Shown here: positions 8,675 to 19,124 of the stretch, one piece after another
Position numbering within the stretch: the first letter of the stretch is position 1
Layout of the letters: every line of letters starts with the position of its first letter
Origin: an uncultured virus (IMG/VR IMGVR_UViG_3300032116_000129)
Taxonomy: Duplodnaviria > Heunggongvirae > Uroviricota > Caudoviricetes
Reading direction: 5' to 3' (one strand)
Virus record (IMG/VR): IMGVR_UViG_3300032116_000129
DNA length: 64,000 nucleotides
Program-made: the position numbers and the translations under genes
The notes under the pieces: generated by a model
What the model was told of the DNA's origin: nothing
Database searches by the model: none
Seen by the model: the letters and a program-made list of their open reading frames with translations, nothing else

Positions 8675-10371
8675 TATCTTAATAATCTACATACGGTTGA
8701 TAGTGTAGTTGTCCAATCTCCTCCAGATATGGTATGATCTACTTTAGTTACTGTCCAACATACTCTTCCGGCATAACCAGCAGGAAGTTGATTAGTTGAT
8801 ACAGCATCACCAAATTCAAAACCTTCAATACCATCTACAGTGGCAGAAAAGTCAATTGGAAATATTTGTGACTCTTGACTTATTTGAGGTGTTTCAGCTT
8901 TTTTAATTGCTCCTGCCATGTTATTAATATTCTCTGAAGTTAGTCCTCCTTCATTCATTGCTTTCTTACATTCTTCTACAGCTGCGGCACCGTCAGATGC
9001 AGTGTCAGCTGCCGATCCGCCATTTCCGCCTGTCATAGAACTTATATAAGCAGAAGAGTATCCAGTTATAGCAGATGCTCCATTAACAAACGCTGCAGAT
9101 TGCATTTCCGAAGGAACTTTACTTTGCAAAGACATTGCTCGTGTCACCGATTGATTTGTAACAGCAGGTATAGTCAATCCGGAAAATTTTTCTGGTATAT
9201 AATTCATATCAACTAAATGCCATTTAGCTGTTGAGTCAGCTGATATAGCTGGTTTATATAGTCCTCCACTCCTGTCATGAATCATATCAAACACTTTATT
9301 TAAAAAATGCATTACTGTTTGATTCTTCTTTTTATCTTGCTCACCGCCTTGCTTAGCGTAATCTTCTTTTAATTTTTGTATAAAATCAACTCCAATATAT
9401 AATTGATCTAAATGTGAAACTGGACTTGCTCCAACAATACCACAATTTAAAACGTCTCCGTAATTATCTCTAAACGGCACTAACAGTTCCATTGGATTAC
9501 TAGATCCTACTGAAGCAGCATGTTGATTACATTCATCATGGACGCCGTGATTGATTGCTAAATTAGCGTTACCAGCTTTTTTAATAATTTTTTCGTTTAC
9601 TAAATCTATAAATTGACCTAAACGAATATAATAATGTATTTTCTTTTTAGTAAGATCTTTTTCAGGAGCCGTTTCTCCTTCACCTGCAGGAGCAGGCGGA
9701 TCTGTAATCGCTTCTGGCAATTCAACTGCAGCATAATTTCCATCTGATGTACCTGCTGCGGGTTTAGCATTTTGCACAGCAACTGTTATGGCACTAAATA
9801 CATTATGATCTGATATTGTGATGCCGGCTGGATCAGCTACTGAATTTGTACCTGGGCTTGCTCCTTGTATTGAAAATCCTAGTGAATACACTCCTTTTCC
9901 AATTGCATACGAAGTGCAACTAAAACTACCATCAGTATTAATTGAGTAACTATAATTATACACTACTCCAACAAAGCTACCATTGGATCCCGCAGCTGCT
10001 GCATTAGCCCAACCATAGCTGATACTCATATTCGCACTTAATTTAAAAAATCCTGACATCGCTTGTAGCGATCCTAAATCGTAAACAGTAAAATCTACTT
10101 GCGCCTTACGTAAAGTTCCAAAGTCACCTTCATTAGATATTTTTACTGATGTGATATGAGGATCTGGTAATCGATGTTTTCCGTGATACATTCCAGCAGC
10201 TCCAATACCACCTGCAGTTGGGGTACCTAATGCAGATCCACCAGCAGACGCTCTTGCATACGCAATTTTCTTTGTTAACCAAGCGTGTGCGTTAGAGTCT
10301 CGGTACATTGCCGAGTAGTATTTCGATCGTAAACCAAATCCAACCTTAGGATTTTTAAAAAATAACGACAT
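8674..10371 (-). CDS. Baseplate hub-like protein
   Basis: Follows the tape measure and LysM genes; C-terminal VDGIEGFEFGDAV...WTVTKVDHTISGGDWTTTL resembles hub (gpD/gp27-type) C-termini. Confidence 0.55.
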   Translation of the reverse strand: MSLFFKNPKVGFGLRSKYYSAMYRDSNAHAWLTKKIAYARASAGGSALGTPTAGGIGAAGMYHGKHRLPDPHITSVKISNEGDFGTLRKAQVDFTVYDLGSLQAMSGFFKLSANMSISYGWANAAAAGSNGSFVGVVYNYSYSINTDGSFSCTSYAIGKGVYSLGFSIQGASPGTNSVADPAGITISDHNVFSAITVAVQNAKPAAGTSDGNYAAVELPEAITDPPAPAGEGETAPEKDLTKKKIHYYIRLGQFIDLVNEKIIKKAGNANLAINHGVHDECNQHAASVGSSNPMELLVPFRDNYGDVLNCGIVGASPVSHLDQLYIGVDFIQKLKEDYAKQGGEQDKKKNQTVMHFLNKVFDMIHDRSGGLYKPAISADSTAKWHLVDMNYIPEKFSGLTIPAVTNQSVTRAMSLQSKVPSEMQSAAFVNGASAITGYSSAYISSMTGGNGGSAADTASDGAAAVEECKKAMNEGGLTSENINNMAGAIKKAETPQISQESQIFPIDFSATVDGIEGFEFGDAVSTNQLPAGYAGRVCWTVTKVDHTISGGDWTTTLSTVCRLLR

Positions 10372-10374
10372 ATT

Positions 10375-10695
10375 TTATAATGTTTGATTTAAATCACGTA
10401 ATTCGTTTAATACTGTATTATAATCTCTAGGTATTCTTACTTGAGTATTTGGCTCTAAAAATACTGATCCTTTAGGTATATCAGGATTAGCAGCTGATAA
10501 TACCCACCATAGTTGTGCGTTGTTATAATACTGCCATGATAACAAATCTAATCTATCACCGTAAACAGATACTACGTAAATATCATCATCATTAAACGGA
10601 ACTGTAGGATATATGATAGTTTTATAGTATCGTTTCTTTAAATTAGTATTTAACTTTACTTGCGGAGTATATTGAAAGTTTTCTGAGTAACGCAT
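10375..10695 (-). CDS. LysM-like baseplate wedge protein (T4 gp53 / P2 gpX-like)
   Basis: GDRLDLLSWQYYNNAQLWWVLSAANP...LEPNTQVRIP. Confidence 0.8.
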   Translation of the reverse strand: MRYSENFQYTPQVKLNTNLKKRYYKTIIYPTVPFNDDDIYVVSVYGDRLDLLSWQYYNNAQLWWVLSAANPDIPKGSVFLEPNTQVRIPRDYNTVLNELRDLNQTL

Positions 10696-10697
10696 TT

Positions 10698-13600
10698 TTA
10701 TTGTGGGTTTTCTTCTGGTGTAATATCAGCATTTGATTCAGTTACATTAACTTCTGTTTTAGCAGGGTCAGCTGGTAAAGGTTCTTTTTTCGCAGCAGTT
10801 TCAGTTGTGGTAGTAGTTTCTGCAGGAGTTTCAGTTACAGCTGCAGCAGCATCATCATCAGCTTTTTTCTTTAACGCTGCTCGATCTGTTTCATATTGTT
10901 CAGAATCTTCTTTAGCCGTAGTTGCATTAACTCCAGAATCCCATAACCAATCGTTTGTTCCTGTTGTTGTTTCAGCAAATAAACTATATACTCTTCCTTT
11001 AACCTGAGGACGGAAGTCAGCAATTACAGTATATCCAACAGACACTTCAACAATATTTGGCAACTGTTTTGCTTCTCCAGTTCTATTATCGGCATCAACG
11101 TCCCAAGTAGCTTCGTCAGGTATAGTGTATGATAATGAATTAAGAAACCCTGGAGTATTCTTAAATAAATTTCCTATAGTTAAACGCATAAATGGACCTG
11201 CGGGTCGACCTCCCGCGCGGAAGTCAGGCATTGTATACGAGGCTAAATAATTTAATTTACGCCACATAGGAATCATTTCAGATTTAGTTGTTGCTGCTGC
11301 AGTAAATGTAAACGACACTTGACGTTCAAAAGATGAATATAAATACGCTCCGTCTGGACGTCCCATGATGTCTATACGATTCCAGCTAGGACTAAACGAA
11401 TCAGAAAATCCTGTCATAGTACATCTAAAAACCATTACGTTAGTTCCTTGTGCACCGTCTTCAAAATAAAACTCAATTTGATCTTTTTCTACAGGATATA
11501 CTTGATCAGTAGTTAGTGCAACTGCACGAACGTCTAATGCAGTTATTTTATCGCCTCGGAAAGTTGTTAATCCTGCTAACGCTCTTCTTGACTGTCCAAA
11601 TCCTTTAACAGTTCCTGCTCCTTTACTAGGTGCTAAAAACTCTAATGGATTAGACCTATCAGCTCCAACAGCTCCTTGTGTACCAAATCCTTTTTGAATT
11701 TCTAGATTTTTATTTGCATACGACATTTTCGTTTCATTATCTTTAATAATTTTTCCTGAAAATGCTTTTGAGTCGTCTGACAATGCTGTTCTAAAATCAT
11801 TACGCTTTCCTATATCTTTTGATTTAGGAATTTTATTATATGCTAATACTTCATAGTTATTAATTGGATTTACTGGCGCATCGATATACGTCTTTGCTTT
11901 TAAAGTATTCGATTCTAATTGAGATAAAATATTATCTTTTTTAGACCCAGGAGTGTAATCACTATAATCATAATCATTTTCTGTTCGATTGCGTAGTGAT
12001 AAAGGATCGTCTGAAGTTTCAATTTTAGAAACTGTATTCTTTTTATCGTCTTTAGATACGTCATATACGTTATTAGTAGTTGCTCTTATTCCGCCAGCAT
12101 ATAAATTTTTATCATTGAATCTAGTAGCAAATTGAGCATTTTTAGCATTATTAACTGCATCTGTAACTGTATCAACTACTCTACGTATTGGTGTTGAGCC
12201 TACCCCATATACAGATTGCGGTCCTAATATACCTGACAATTCTTCAATTTCTCCGCCTTTAAACCCTTTAGCTGTTTGTATAATAGCTTTTTGTGATACT
12301 GAAGTTAAATTTCCAATTGACTGTAAAAAATTTAACGTTACAGTACTTGAACTAAATAAATTATCTTGAAGACTAACTAATCGATTTGATTTTTTATTTG
12401 CTCTGTATAATAATGTTTTAGCTATTTGTACATTTCCATAACTAGCAGCTTCATTTGCAAACGGAATTCCATGACGAGTGAAGTGTAACCCAAATGCAGA
12501 ACCAGGTACTGACAATAAAGATGCGACCCCTGTATGTATTCTTGTTTGTCGGTCTAATGCAGAGTCAGTTATAGTTTCTACTTTAGGATTAGTTAGTCCT
12601 AAACCTACTTGTTTAACTACCCATAAAATACCTTTAGGAGATGCTAACCACTTTGCAATACGTACAGTATCTAATGCTGAACGCTCAACTGCTGCTGTTA
12701 TACCGCCACGAATCAATCCATCGTCAAAACGTCCTATACCCCATAATTGCGGTTCTTTTTTATCTTCACGTTGAATACCACGAAGTACATACGGTTGCTT
12801 TATATACGAGTCGTATATATTTTTAGTGTCGTCACGTAAATTAAGTTTTTTATACTGTTCTGATAACACAGTATATCCATTAGCTTCAGTTAACTTTTTT
12901 AATATACTGTTTGATTTTGTTACTACTGATCCGTATTTTTTAGAATTGTTATATCCTTCCTGTGAAAACGTTACACTTTGTCTAGCATCTTTATTTTCAA
13001 TGTAATAAAATTTAGATCCATTTCCCAATTGAGTTTGCATTGTACTAATACCGTCAATTGGATATTTTGTGTTTGTTAATGGTAAACTAACTACTGAAGA
13101 TCCATGTACCCCTATCACGCTCGTTGGATAATCATATGTGCCTGCAGCAACGTTTGCACCAATAAATGCAGTATTGTTTTTATTAACGGCGCCGACTACA
13201 AATCCAGTAGCACCGGAACGTTTATCATCAATACCATTTGCTGCTGGAGGCGTTTTTCCAACCCATCGATCGCTAGTAAATGGTATTGTTTTTTCAGATT
13301 TATATTTTGACGGTGCCTTTCTTTGTTGAGTCGCGCTATCTGGATCGCCTGTCCAAAATTTAGATAATGAGCTATCAATATTAAATTTAGAAGGAGCTAC
13401 CGTGTCTTTTGTCCAGGCAGTAGTACCACTATATCTAACTGGTACTGAGTCAATATTAAGTTTAGACGTTGCTACAAATTTAGGTAAAAATTTAGTACGT
13501 CCTGTGTATTTAAGAATAGCGTCTGCGTCTCTGTTCAATTCGGATCTTTCAACTTTTGCATTAGTCCAAGCAGTTCTTCTATTGTATACTTTAGGAGCGG

Positions 13601-13706
13601 AGTCAATATTCAACTCACTTCCTTTATTAACTGTATCTTCTAAAGGCTTCGTAGTAAACGAACTCCTAAAGTTAGCCAGGTTAGATTTTAAATCAACTAA
13701 TGCCAT
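10698..13706 (-). CDS. Large baseplate / tail-tube initiator-like protein with N-terminal peptide repeats
   Basis: C-terminal tube-like domain FSDSFSPSWNRIDIMGRPDGAYLYSSFERQVSFTF...PFMRLTIGNLF...PGFLNSLSY; lies between tape measure and LysM genes. Confidence 0.6.
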   Translation of the reverse strand: MALVDLKSNLANFRSSFTTKPLEDTVNKGSELNIDSAPKVYNRRTAWTNAKVERSELNRDADAILKYTGRTKFLPKFVATSKLNIDSVPVRYSGTTAWTKDTVAPSKFNIDSSLSKFWTGDPDSATQQRKAPSKYKSEKTIPFTSDRWVGKTPPAANGIDDKRSGATGFVVGAVNKNNTAFIGANVAAGTYDYPTSVIGVHGSSVVSLPLTNTKYPIDGISTMQTQLGNGSKFYYIENKDARQSVTFSQEGYNNSKKYGSVVTKSNSILKKLTEANGYTVLSEQYKKLNLRDDTKNIYDSYIKQPYVLRGIQREDKKEPQLWGIGRFDDGLIRGGITAAVERSALDTVRIAKWLASPKGILWVVKQVGLGLTNPKVETITDSALDRQTRIHTGVASLLSVPGSAFGLHFTRHGIPFANEAASYGNVQIAKTLLYRANKKSNRLVSLQDNLFSSSTVTLNFLQSIGNLTSVSQKAIIQTAKGFKGGEIEELSGILGPQSVYGVGSTPIRRVVDTVTDAVNNAKNAQFATRFNDKNLYAGGIRATTNNVYDVSKDDKKNTVSKIETSDDPLSLRNRTENDYDYSDYTPGSKKDNILSQLESNTLKAKTYIDAPVNPINNYEVLAYNKIPKSKDIGKRNDFRTALSDDSKAFSGKIIKDNETKMSYANKNLEIQKGFGTQGAVGADRSNPLEFLAPSKGAGTVKGFGQSRRALAGLTTFRGDKITALDVRAVALTTDQVYPVEKDQIEFYFEDGAQGTNVMVFRCTMTGFSDSFSPSWNRIDIMGRPDGAYLYSSFERQVSFTFTAAATTKSEMIPMWRKLNYLASYTMPDFRAGGRPAGPFMRLTIGNLFKNTPGFLNSLSYTIPDEATWDVDADNRTGEAKQLPNIVEVSVGYTVIADFRPQVKGRVYSLFAETTTGTNDWLWDSGVNATTAKEDSEQYETDRAALKKKADDDAAAAVTETPAETTTTTETAAKKEPLPADPAKTEVNVTESNADITPEENPQ

Positions 13707-13716
13707 ATATTAATAA

Positions 13717-16653
13717 TTATGAAAACGCTCCATAACCTCTATCAGTTTGACTACTGTAAGATTTTTTCAAATTGATTTGACTTTCAAACTCATCTATAGT
13801 TTTAGTTCCAAATTTAATAACGGTAGGCTGATCTACTTTTTTAATTAATTCTTGTATTGAAGCGTTAACGGTAGCTAATGAAACTGCATTTGCTCCGCCT
13901 GCTCCGGCACTTGATGCGTCGCCGCCTCCTGAAGTTGACACTTGCTCTACTTTTGGCATAACTGACTCAACCCATTCAAATGCTGAATCAAATATTGATC
14001 CTATACCGCTAGCGACTGAATTGACTGCCTGCTCTACTGAATTGTCTGACATAGTATCGTGTAATTCAATAACTTTATCTATAGTACCGTCAATTGAGGA
14101 AGTGTCTCCTATATTACTAACAGCTGCATTAAAACTAGCAAACGCTGCTCCTAAAGCTGTTATTGCATTTGCAACTGCCATTAATCGTTCAGCGTCAATT
14201 GTAGCAAAACGATTAAATTTTTCTACAGGGTCTTCGTCAAAAAATGATGCAAATGCCGAACCTAAAGCGCCTATACCCGAGCCTCCTCCAAATGCAGCTA
14301 ACGCTGCTCCAACTGCTACAATTCCAGCAGCCGTGCCTATTAACTTAGCTGAATCAATATTTTGAAGTTTAATAATCGAAGACGTAATAGTTTCAATTAC
14401 CAATGCAATTGACTTTCCTACTGTTTCAATTATACCTCCTATTCCATTAAAAAATGCTTCAATTCCTGGAGCAGCTGCTCCGATTCCTTGACCTAACCAT
14501 TGAAATGCTTTTCCTAGTCCCATTAAAGCTAATGTAACAGCTGCCATTCCTATAATAATTTCAGGCGTAGCTAATGCAGCCATTGGCTTAAAAAATGCAA
14601 CTAGCGCTTCTCCTAATCCTCCTAACACGTCTTTAATAACTCCCATTGCACCTTGCGCAGCGTTACGTAATATATCAAAAAATGCTTTAACTGTATCTCC
14701 TAATCCTTTAAGACGATCAGCCATAGACTTTCCTTGTTTAGCTGCTGCATCAGCACCGCCCTCTGCGTCGCCGCCGCCTCCAGTAACTTTATCCATTAGC
14801 CCGCCGCCGCCAGCACCGCCGCCCATTAATTTTGAAATACCACCTTTAGCCATTTTAAAGATTTTCCATCCTGCCATGGCTGCTCCGATACCTAAGGTCC
14901 ATTTTAAAGCAGTCGACATTGATTTTTCCATTTCAGATGTATTTTCTTTAATTGGAAACATAACTCCATTAATTTTTTCAATTCCTAATGTTATTACATC
15001 TATAACGTTTCCGATGTATCCAAATGCAACGCCTAACGCTTCTACTACAGGCATAGCTATTTTTTCAAACGCCATCATGAGCTTGTTTAGCGACTCTTGA
15101 AACTTTTGAGTAGCTTCTTGTTGCTTCTTCTCTTCTTGTTGCATTTTATAAAATGCAGCTTCTTTACCTGTAAGTGCAGCTGCCTGGCCTTCTTCCAATG
15201 CTAATATTTCTTCCGCACGTGCCGCTGATAATCCGTAATCATCATTTAATTGCTTTGATTTAGTAAGCATTGCGGTCATTTCTTCAACTGACATATTCAT
15301 GGCCTCTGCCATTGCTTTTTGCTGCAATGGCCCCATTTTTTGAAACTCTTCTAAAGATCCAGCTTGCTCTAAAATTTCATCTTGCAACTTTCCATATTCT
15401 CCAGTAAGAGCGTATTGTCTAGCAGCGTTTAAATTCAAAGATTTACCTGTTAATACTTGTGCAGTAAATTGTTTTTCAATGCTAGATTCAATATCTAACA
15501 TACCTTCACCAATTTTAGATACTTTTTCTAATGATAATCCTAAAAGCTTTCCTTTAATAACAGCTTTTTCTAATTCTTTACTCGTACCTTTAAATCCAAT
15601 AACAACTGATTTAGGTATTTTTGCAATTTCTTTCAACGTTTCTTTAGCTCCTAATAAACCTTCGCCCATTGTACCAGCTTCAGCTGCTAATTGATCTACG
15701 GACATGTTTAGTGCTGTAGCAGTATCGTAAAATGCTTGTGACTCTTCAGCAGTCATACCCATTTCAGTACGTAAAGCTGTCATACTTTTTACTAGCTCAT
15801 TAGATTGCTCATTAGCCATCACTCCCATACTTTTACGCATTTCTACGAGTGTGGTTTCAACTTCTTTGCCTGTCACTCCTACAAGATGCATTTCATGAGC
15901 TAAATGTTCTGCATGCACTGATAAGGCTAATGCATCATCTTTTGCTATGTCTAAATCTTTAGAAAATTTAGTAAGCTCTTTATCAAATTCAAATGCTTTA
16001 TATACTGCTGCTACTGCTAACATTAGTGGTAATAGTGGTGCTAGCGAAGCTAACATATTTTTACCAGCCATTTTACTAGCTGTTAATTGATTGACTACAT
16101 TTTCTTTTATTTTTTCCTTAATTTTATCTAATCCTAAAGCTGTTGATAGTAGTCCGCCGCCTGGCAACGTTTTAATCCATGAGTCTAACTCATCAATTGG
16201 CTCAAGCATTTCCTCATACTTTTCTACTAATTCTTCGGCATGGTGAACTGCTTTTTTTAATGCTTTATTATGTTCTAAAGAAATTTTAAGCTGCTTTTCT
16301 TTACCAGTTAAATATTGCATCTCATTTTTGAGACGTTTTTTCTGCATCTGCATTTCTTTAACTAATTCTTTACCTTGTAATCGTTGTTCACGAGTCTGAC
16401 CTTTTAAAAGTTCAGACATTGTACGTGCATAATCATTATATTCTTTTACAGCTTCTTTTCGTTGTTGAGCAATTTTAAGAATATCTTTTTCTTCTTCTAG
16501 TAAAGTTTTAGATAAATCATTTTCAATTTGGCGATCGCGAATAGCTTCTTTACGCTGTTTGGTTTGTTCTTTAAGAAATTCCAAAAACAGTTTTTGATCT
16601 TTCTCATTAAGTTTAACATTTCCGCCTGACGTATTTGAAGTATTTTTTTTCAT
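13717..16653 (-). CDS. Tail tape measure protein
   Basis: 978 aa, coiled-coil N-half, Ala/Gly-rich hydrophobic C-half; downstream of tube and chaperone. Confidence 0.85.
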   Translation of the reverse strand: MKKNTSNTSGGNVKLNEKDQKLFLEFLKEQTKQRKEAIRDRQIENDLSKTLLEEEKDILKIAQQRKEAVKEYNDYARTMSELLKGQTREQRLQGKELVKEMQMQKKRLKNEMQYLTGKEKQLKISLEHNKALKKAVHHAEELVEKYEEMLEPIDELDSWIKTLPGGGLLSTALGLDKIKEKIKENVVNQLTASKMAGKNMLASLAPLLPLMLAVAAVYKAFEFDKELTKFSKDLDIAKDDALALSVHAEHLAHEMHLVGVTGKEVETTLVEMRKSMGVMANEQSNELVKSMTALRTEMGMTAEESQAFYDTATALNMSVDQLAAEAGTMGEGLLGAKETLKEIAKIPKSVVIGFKGTSKELEKAVIKGKLLGLSLEKVSKIGEGMLDIESSIEKQFTAQVLTGKSLNLNAARQYALTGEYGKLQDEILEQAGSLEEFQKMGPLQQKAMAEAMNMSVEEMTAMLTKSKQLNDDYGLSAARAEEILALEEGQAAALTGKEAAFYKMQQEEKKQQEATQKFQESLNKLMMAFEKIAMPVVEALGVAFGYIGNVIDVITLGIEKINGVMFPIKENTSEMEKSMSTALKWTLGIGAAMAGWKIFKMAKGGISKLMGGGAGGGGLMDKVTGGGGDAEGGADAAAKQGKSMADRLKGLGDTVKAFFDILRNAAQGAMGVIKDVLGGLGEALVAFFKPMAALATPEIIIGMAAVTLALMGLGKAFQWLGQGIGAAAPGIEAFFNGIGGIIETVGKSIALVIETITSSIIKLQNIDSAKLIGTAAGIVAVGAALAAFGGGSGIGALGSAFASFFDEDPVEKFNRFATIDAERLMAVANAITALGAAFASFNAAVSNIGDTSSIDGTIDKVIELHDTMSDNSVEQAVNSVASGIGSIFDSAFEWVESVMPKVEQVSTSGGGDASSAGAGGANAVSLATVNASIQELIKKVDQPTVIKFGTKTIDEFESQINLKKSYSSQTDRGYGAFS

Positions 16654-16665
16654 TTATTAAATGTC

Positions 16666-16974
16666 TTATTTTTCCCATTTCTCTAGGTCAGAACAATCTT
16701 TAATTTTGATGCCCATCTTTTTTGCTGCAGCAACTTGTTTTTTACATTGAGCTAAATATCTTTCTAATCGACCATTCCATAATTCCATTTCATCTCTAGT
16801 AGTATTTATTTTATGTATCAACTCTTTCCAATCTGGAGAGTTTTTTAAAATATTTACATCTTTTTTAATTTTTGGAGATAGAAACAGCATAATAAGCGAA
16901 TCAATAATTCCTTCAGAAATTATTAATTCTTCCGTTACTTCTTGCATTAATTGTTTTAGTTTACTACGTTTCAT
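16666..16974 (-). CDS. Small protein with capsid-targeting-like leader (MKRSKLKQLMQEV...IISEG)
   Basis: ORF with its own ATATTTATA motif at 16997-17005. Confidence 0.7.
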   Translation of the reverse strand: MKRSKLKQLMQEVTEELIISEGIIDSLIMLFLSPKIKKDVNILKNSPDWKELIHKINTTRDEMELWNGRLERYLAQCKKQVAAAKKMGIKIKDCSDLEKWEK

Positions 16975-16996
16975 ATAGTAGATAGTATTCGTTTAA

Positions 16997-17005
16997 TATA
17001 AATAT
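16997..17005 (-). promoter_or_regulatory. Putative late promoter ATATTTATA
   Basis: About 22 nt upstream of ATG 16974. Confidence 0.6.
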
Positions 17006-17019
17006 CAAACAAAAGAAAA

Positions 17020-17256
17020 TTACCTTGGTCTTATAGCAGGTCGTTGTATTTTAGGCACGTTTGGAGCTGACATTTTTTTGCTAGCTTTTTTCTGCGCTTC
17101 TAAAGTTTCAGAAATTAATCGTATGTAGAATTTACGTAACCAAACTGGAAACGAATACACGGCATCCCAAGTGTATCCTCCCTGCCCATGATACACTAAA
17201 TTGAAAATTTCAGTATGTAATATTGGTCGATAACTAGGATTTAGGCCAAAAAAAGC
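17020..17256 (-). CDS. Start-less frame: C-terminal extension of the tail assembly chaperone (gpGT-like), reached by frameshift
   Basis: Open from GCT 17256 (after TGA) to TAA 17020: AFFGLNPSYRPILHTEIFNLVYHGQGGYTWDAVYSFPVWLRKFYIRLISETLEAQKKASKKMSAPNVPKIQRPAIRPR; overlaps the T7 run at 17248-17254. Confidence 0.7.
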   Translation of the reverse strand, partial: AFFGLNPSYRPILHTEIFNLVYHGQGGYTWDAVYSFPVWLRKFYIRLISETLEAQKKASKKMSAPNVPKIQRPAIRPR

Positions 17257-18094
17257 TCACATCCATAGGTACCTCCATTACCTGACTTTCTCCTGTTTGA
17301 TTAGAAGTAAATACAAACGTCATATCCAAATCAGGAGTTAGACGTTTGATTTCATCACGAATAAATCTAGAGTCTTGAGCAAATAATTCATTGTCAACAA
17401 AATTGGAAATGTATTGTTGCTCCTTATTACCATCAACTGAAGTTAATAGATATTTCATTCGTGTAGTCAATTCTTTATCAATACCTGTTAATTTAGTCAT
17501 TTTTAATTGACCTTTAACAGCATCACGTACTTTTTTATCTAATCCATGAGTCATTAATTGAAACGTAACTACTCGTTTTGACACTGGAAGAGTTAGCGTG
17601 AATTCGTTTTGATGCGGAGTAAGTGAGTCGTAATCGTATGGTTTAGCTTGAATACCTGTCAAATCAATAACAACTTTCTGTTTATCGTCTTGAGAAAACG
17701 GATCTGTAATTTCAACTTCATAGTCTTTACCGTATCCTAAAATACGAGCTGCAATCATAATTGCATTTTTATCTCCTACTAACAATTCGTCGTAATTAAT
17801 TGGAGACACGATTAACGATTGAAATAAACGATCTAATACAACCCCTTGCTTAATTAAGCTAGAAGAAGTTAAAATGTCTTCTTCTTTTGCGGTCATATAT
17901 TTCATTTCAACTTTTCCTGACGCTAAAGCACTGTCTGCACTATAAAGCAACCCTTTAGATGGTAGCTCAATTATTTCGGTAGGAAATTTTGAATTTTGTG
18001 CTTCTTGACGTTGCATGTTTTGAATAGCTAATTGCTTTAATTCTGCGTCAGATAGCTCGTTTTGATTTGGGTAATTGTTGTTAACTATTGCCAT
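17234..18094 (-). CDS. Tail assembly chaperone / baseplate hub assembly protein (T4 gp26-like)
   Basis: ELPSKGLLY...MKYMTAKEEDILT...LLVGDKNAIMIAARILGYG...C-terminal FFWP; between tube and tape measure. Confidence 0.75.
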   Translation of the reverse strand: MAIVNNNYPNQNELSDAELKQLAIQNMQRQEAQNSKFPTEIIELPSKGLLYSADSALASGKVEMKYMTAKEEDILTSSSLIKQGVVLDRLFQSLIVSPINYDELLVGDKNAIMIAARILGYGKDYEVEITDPFSQDDKQKVVIDLTGIQAKPYDYDSLTPHQNEFTLTLPVSKRVVTFQLMTHGLDKKVRDAVKGQLKMTKLTGIDKELTTRMKYLLTSVDGNKEQQYISNFVDNELFAQDSRFIRDEIKRLTPDLDMTFVFTSNQTGESQVMEVPMDVSFFWPKS

Positions 18095-18115
18095 AACTAT
18101 TAGTTTATTATTTTA

Positions 18116-18124
18116 TATAAATAT
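18116..18124 (-). promoter_or_regulatory. Putative late promoter ATATTTATA
   Basis: About 21 nt upstream of ATG 18094. Confidence 0.6.
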
Positions 18125-18138
18125 GATGCTTGTAAAAT

Positions 18139-18711
18139 TTACAAGTCTCCTGATTTAGCTGTAAAGTGTATATCCGCTTTATCTTTTAATTTTGCAGAGT
18201 CATTAAGCCATTTGCCTAATAGTTCGTCCATATTAGGTAATTCTTCAGACTCAGCTCCTGGCGATTTAAGTTTAGGCATTATTACTTGATCAATAAACGC
18301 TTTTTCTATTTTATCATCAAGCAATTGAGACACTTCCGGAGATAATTTAATTGCTTCCCAAAATGGTCCTGTCATCTCTTTAAATTCTGATGACTTAGGG
18401 TTTTTTAATTCTTTTGCAGTAACTGACTTTCCTAAATCTAATAAAAATGCTCCTACGTCTTCTCCGTGATCAGCTACTAAATCTATTATCAATCCAGCAG
18501 TGCCTCCAGTAACTAAATTAGCTGCCCATTTAGCTCCTGCCATTCCTACTTTTTTCAAACTAGACTTTGCAATCTCTCCGGTCGCTCCTTTAGCTCCTCC
18601 TGTTTTTTGAGCGTCTATCATAGCGTTTAAAAACGTTTGAACGTCACCCCAAGTTACTTTTTCATCAGCTTCTTGTAGTATATTTTCAACTATTGACTTA
18701 AGCTTGATCAT
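18139..18711 (-). CDS. Hypothetical protein with MIKLKSIVENILQEA leader (putative internal head protein)
   Basis: Leader type shared with other ORFs in the window. Confidence 0.7.
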   Translation of the reverse strand: MIKLKSIVENILQEADEKVTWGDVQTFLNAMIDAQKTGGAKGATGEIAKSSLKKVGMAGAKWAANLVTGGTAGLIIDLVADHGEDVGAFLLDLGKSVTAKELKNPKSSEFKEMTGPFWEAIKLSPEVSQLLDDKIEKAFIDQVIMPKLKSPGAESEELPNMDELLGKWLNDSAKLKDKADIHFTAKSGDL

Positions 18712-19042
18712 TAGAATCTACTGTTTTTAATACTCCTTTAATCTTAGATACGATTTGAGAAAAATCTTTTTCGGATATTCCAAATGCAATAGCAATCGCT
18801 CCCATTAATGCAGTACGTTGTGCTGGACTACTTAATGCTTTCGCAGCTCCAGGATCTTCAATTAAGTCAATTAATTTAGTACGAATAGAAGCGTCAATAG
18901 CTTTAACTGCCATGTTTAAGTTACGTATTACTTGTTGATCTTCAATCTTTTTACCATCAGGTCCTACTGGTACTACATCAGCTTCTGTTAAAGCTTTACG
19001 AACTTCTTCTCGTATTACTTTCCTTAATTGAGCGTTATTCAT
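18698..19042 (-). CDS. Hypothetical protein with LRKVIREEVRKALTEA leader (start revised to ATG 19042)
   Basis: The track start at 19231 overlaps the tube gene and its terminator; ATG 19042 follows the promoter motif at 19058-19066. Confidence 0.72.
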   Translation of the reverse strand: MNNAQLRKVIREEVRKALTEADVVPVGPDGKKIEDQQVIRNLNMAVKAIDASIRTKLIDLIEDPGAAKALSSPAQRTALMGAIAIAFGISEKDFSQIVSKIKGVLKTVDSNDQA

Positions 19043-19057
19043 AATAATCAATTTATT

Positions 19058-19066
19058 AATAAATAT
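19058..19066 (-). promoter_or_regulatory. Putative late promoter ATATTTATT
   Basis: About 15 nt upstream of ATG 19042. Confidence 0.6.
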
Positions 19067-19076
19067 CTTAAACATG

Positions 19077-19097
19077 AAAAATCCCTCCGGAGAGGGA
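19077..19097 (-). terminator. Rho-independent terminator after the tail tube gene
   Basis: Minus strand TCCCTC-TCCG-GAGGGA-TTTTT. Confidence 0.75.
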
Positions 19098-19124
19098 CTT
19101 TCGTATATAATATCAAGATGCAGA

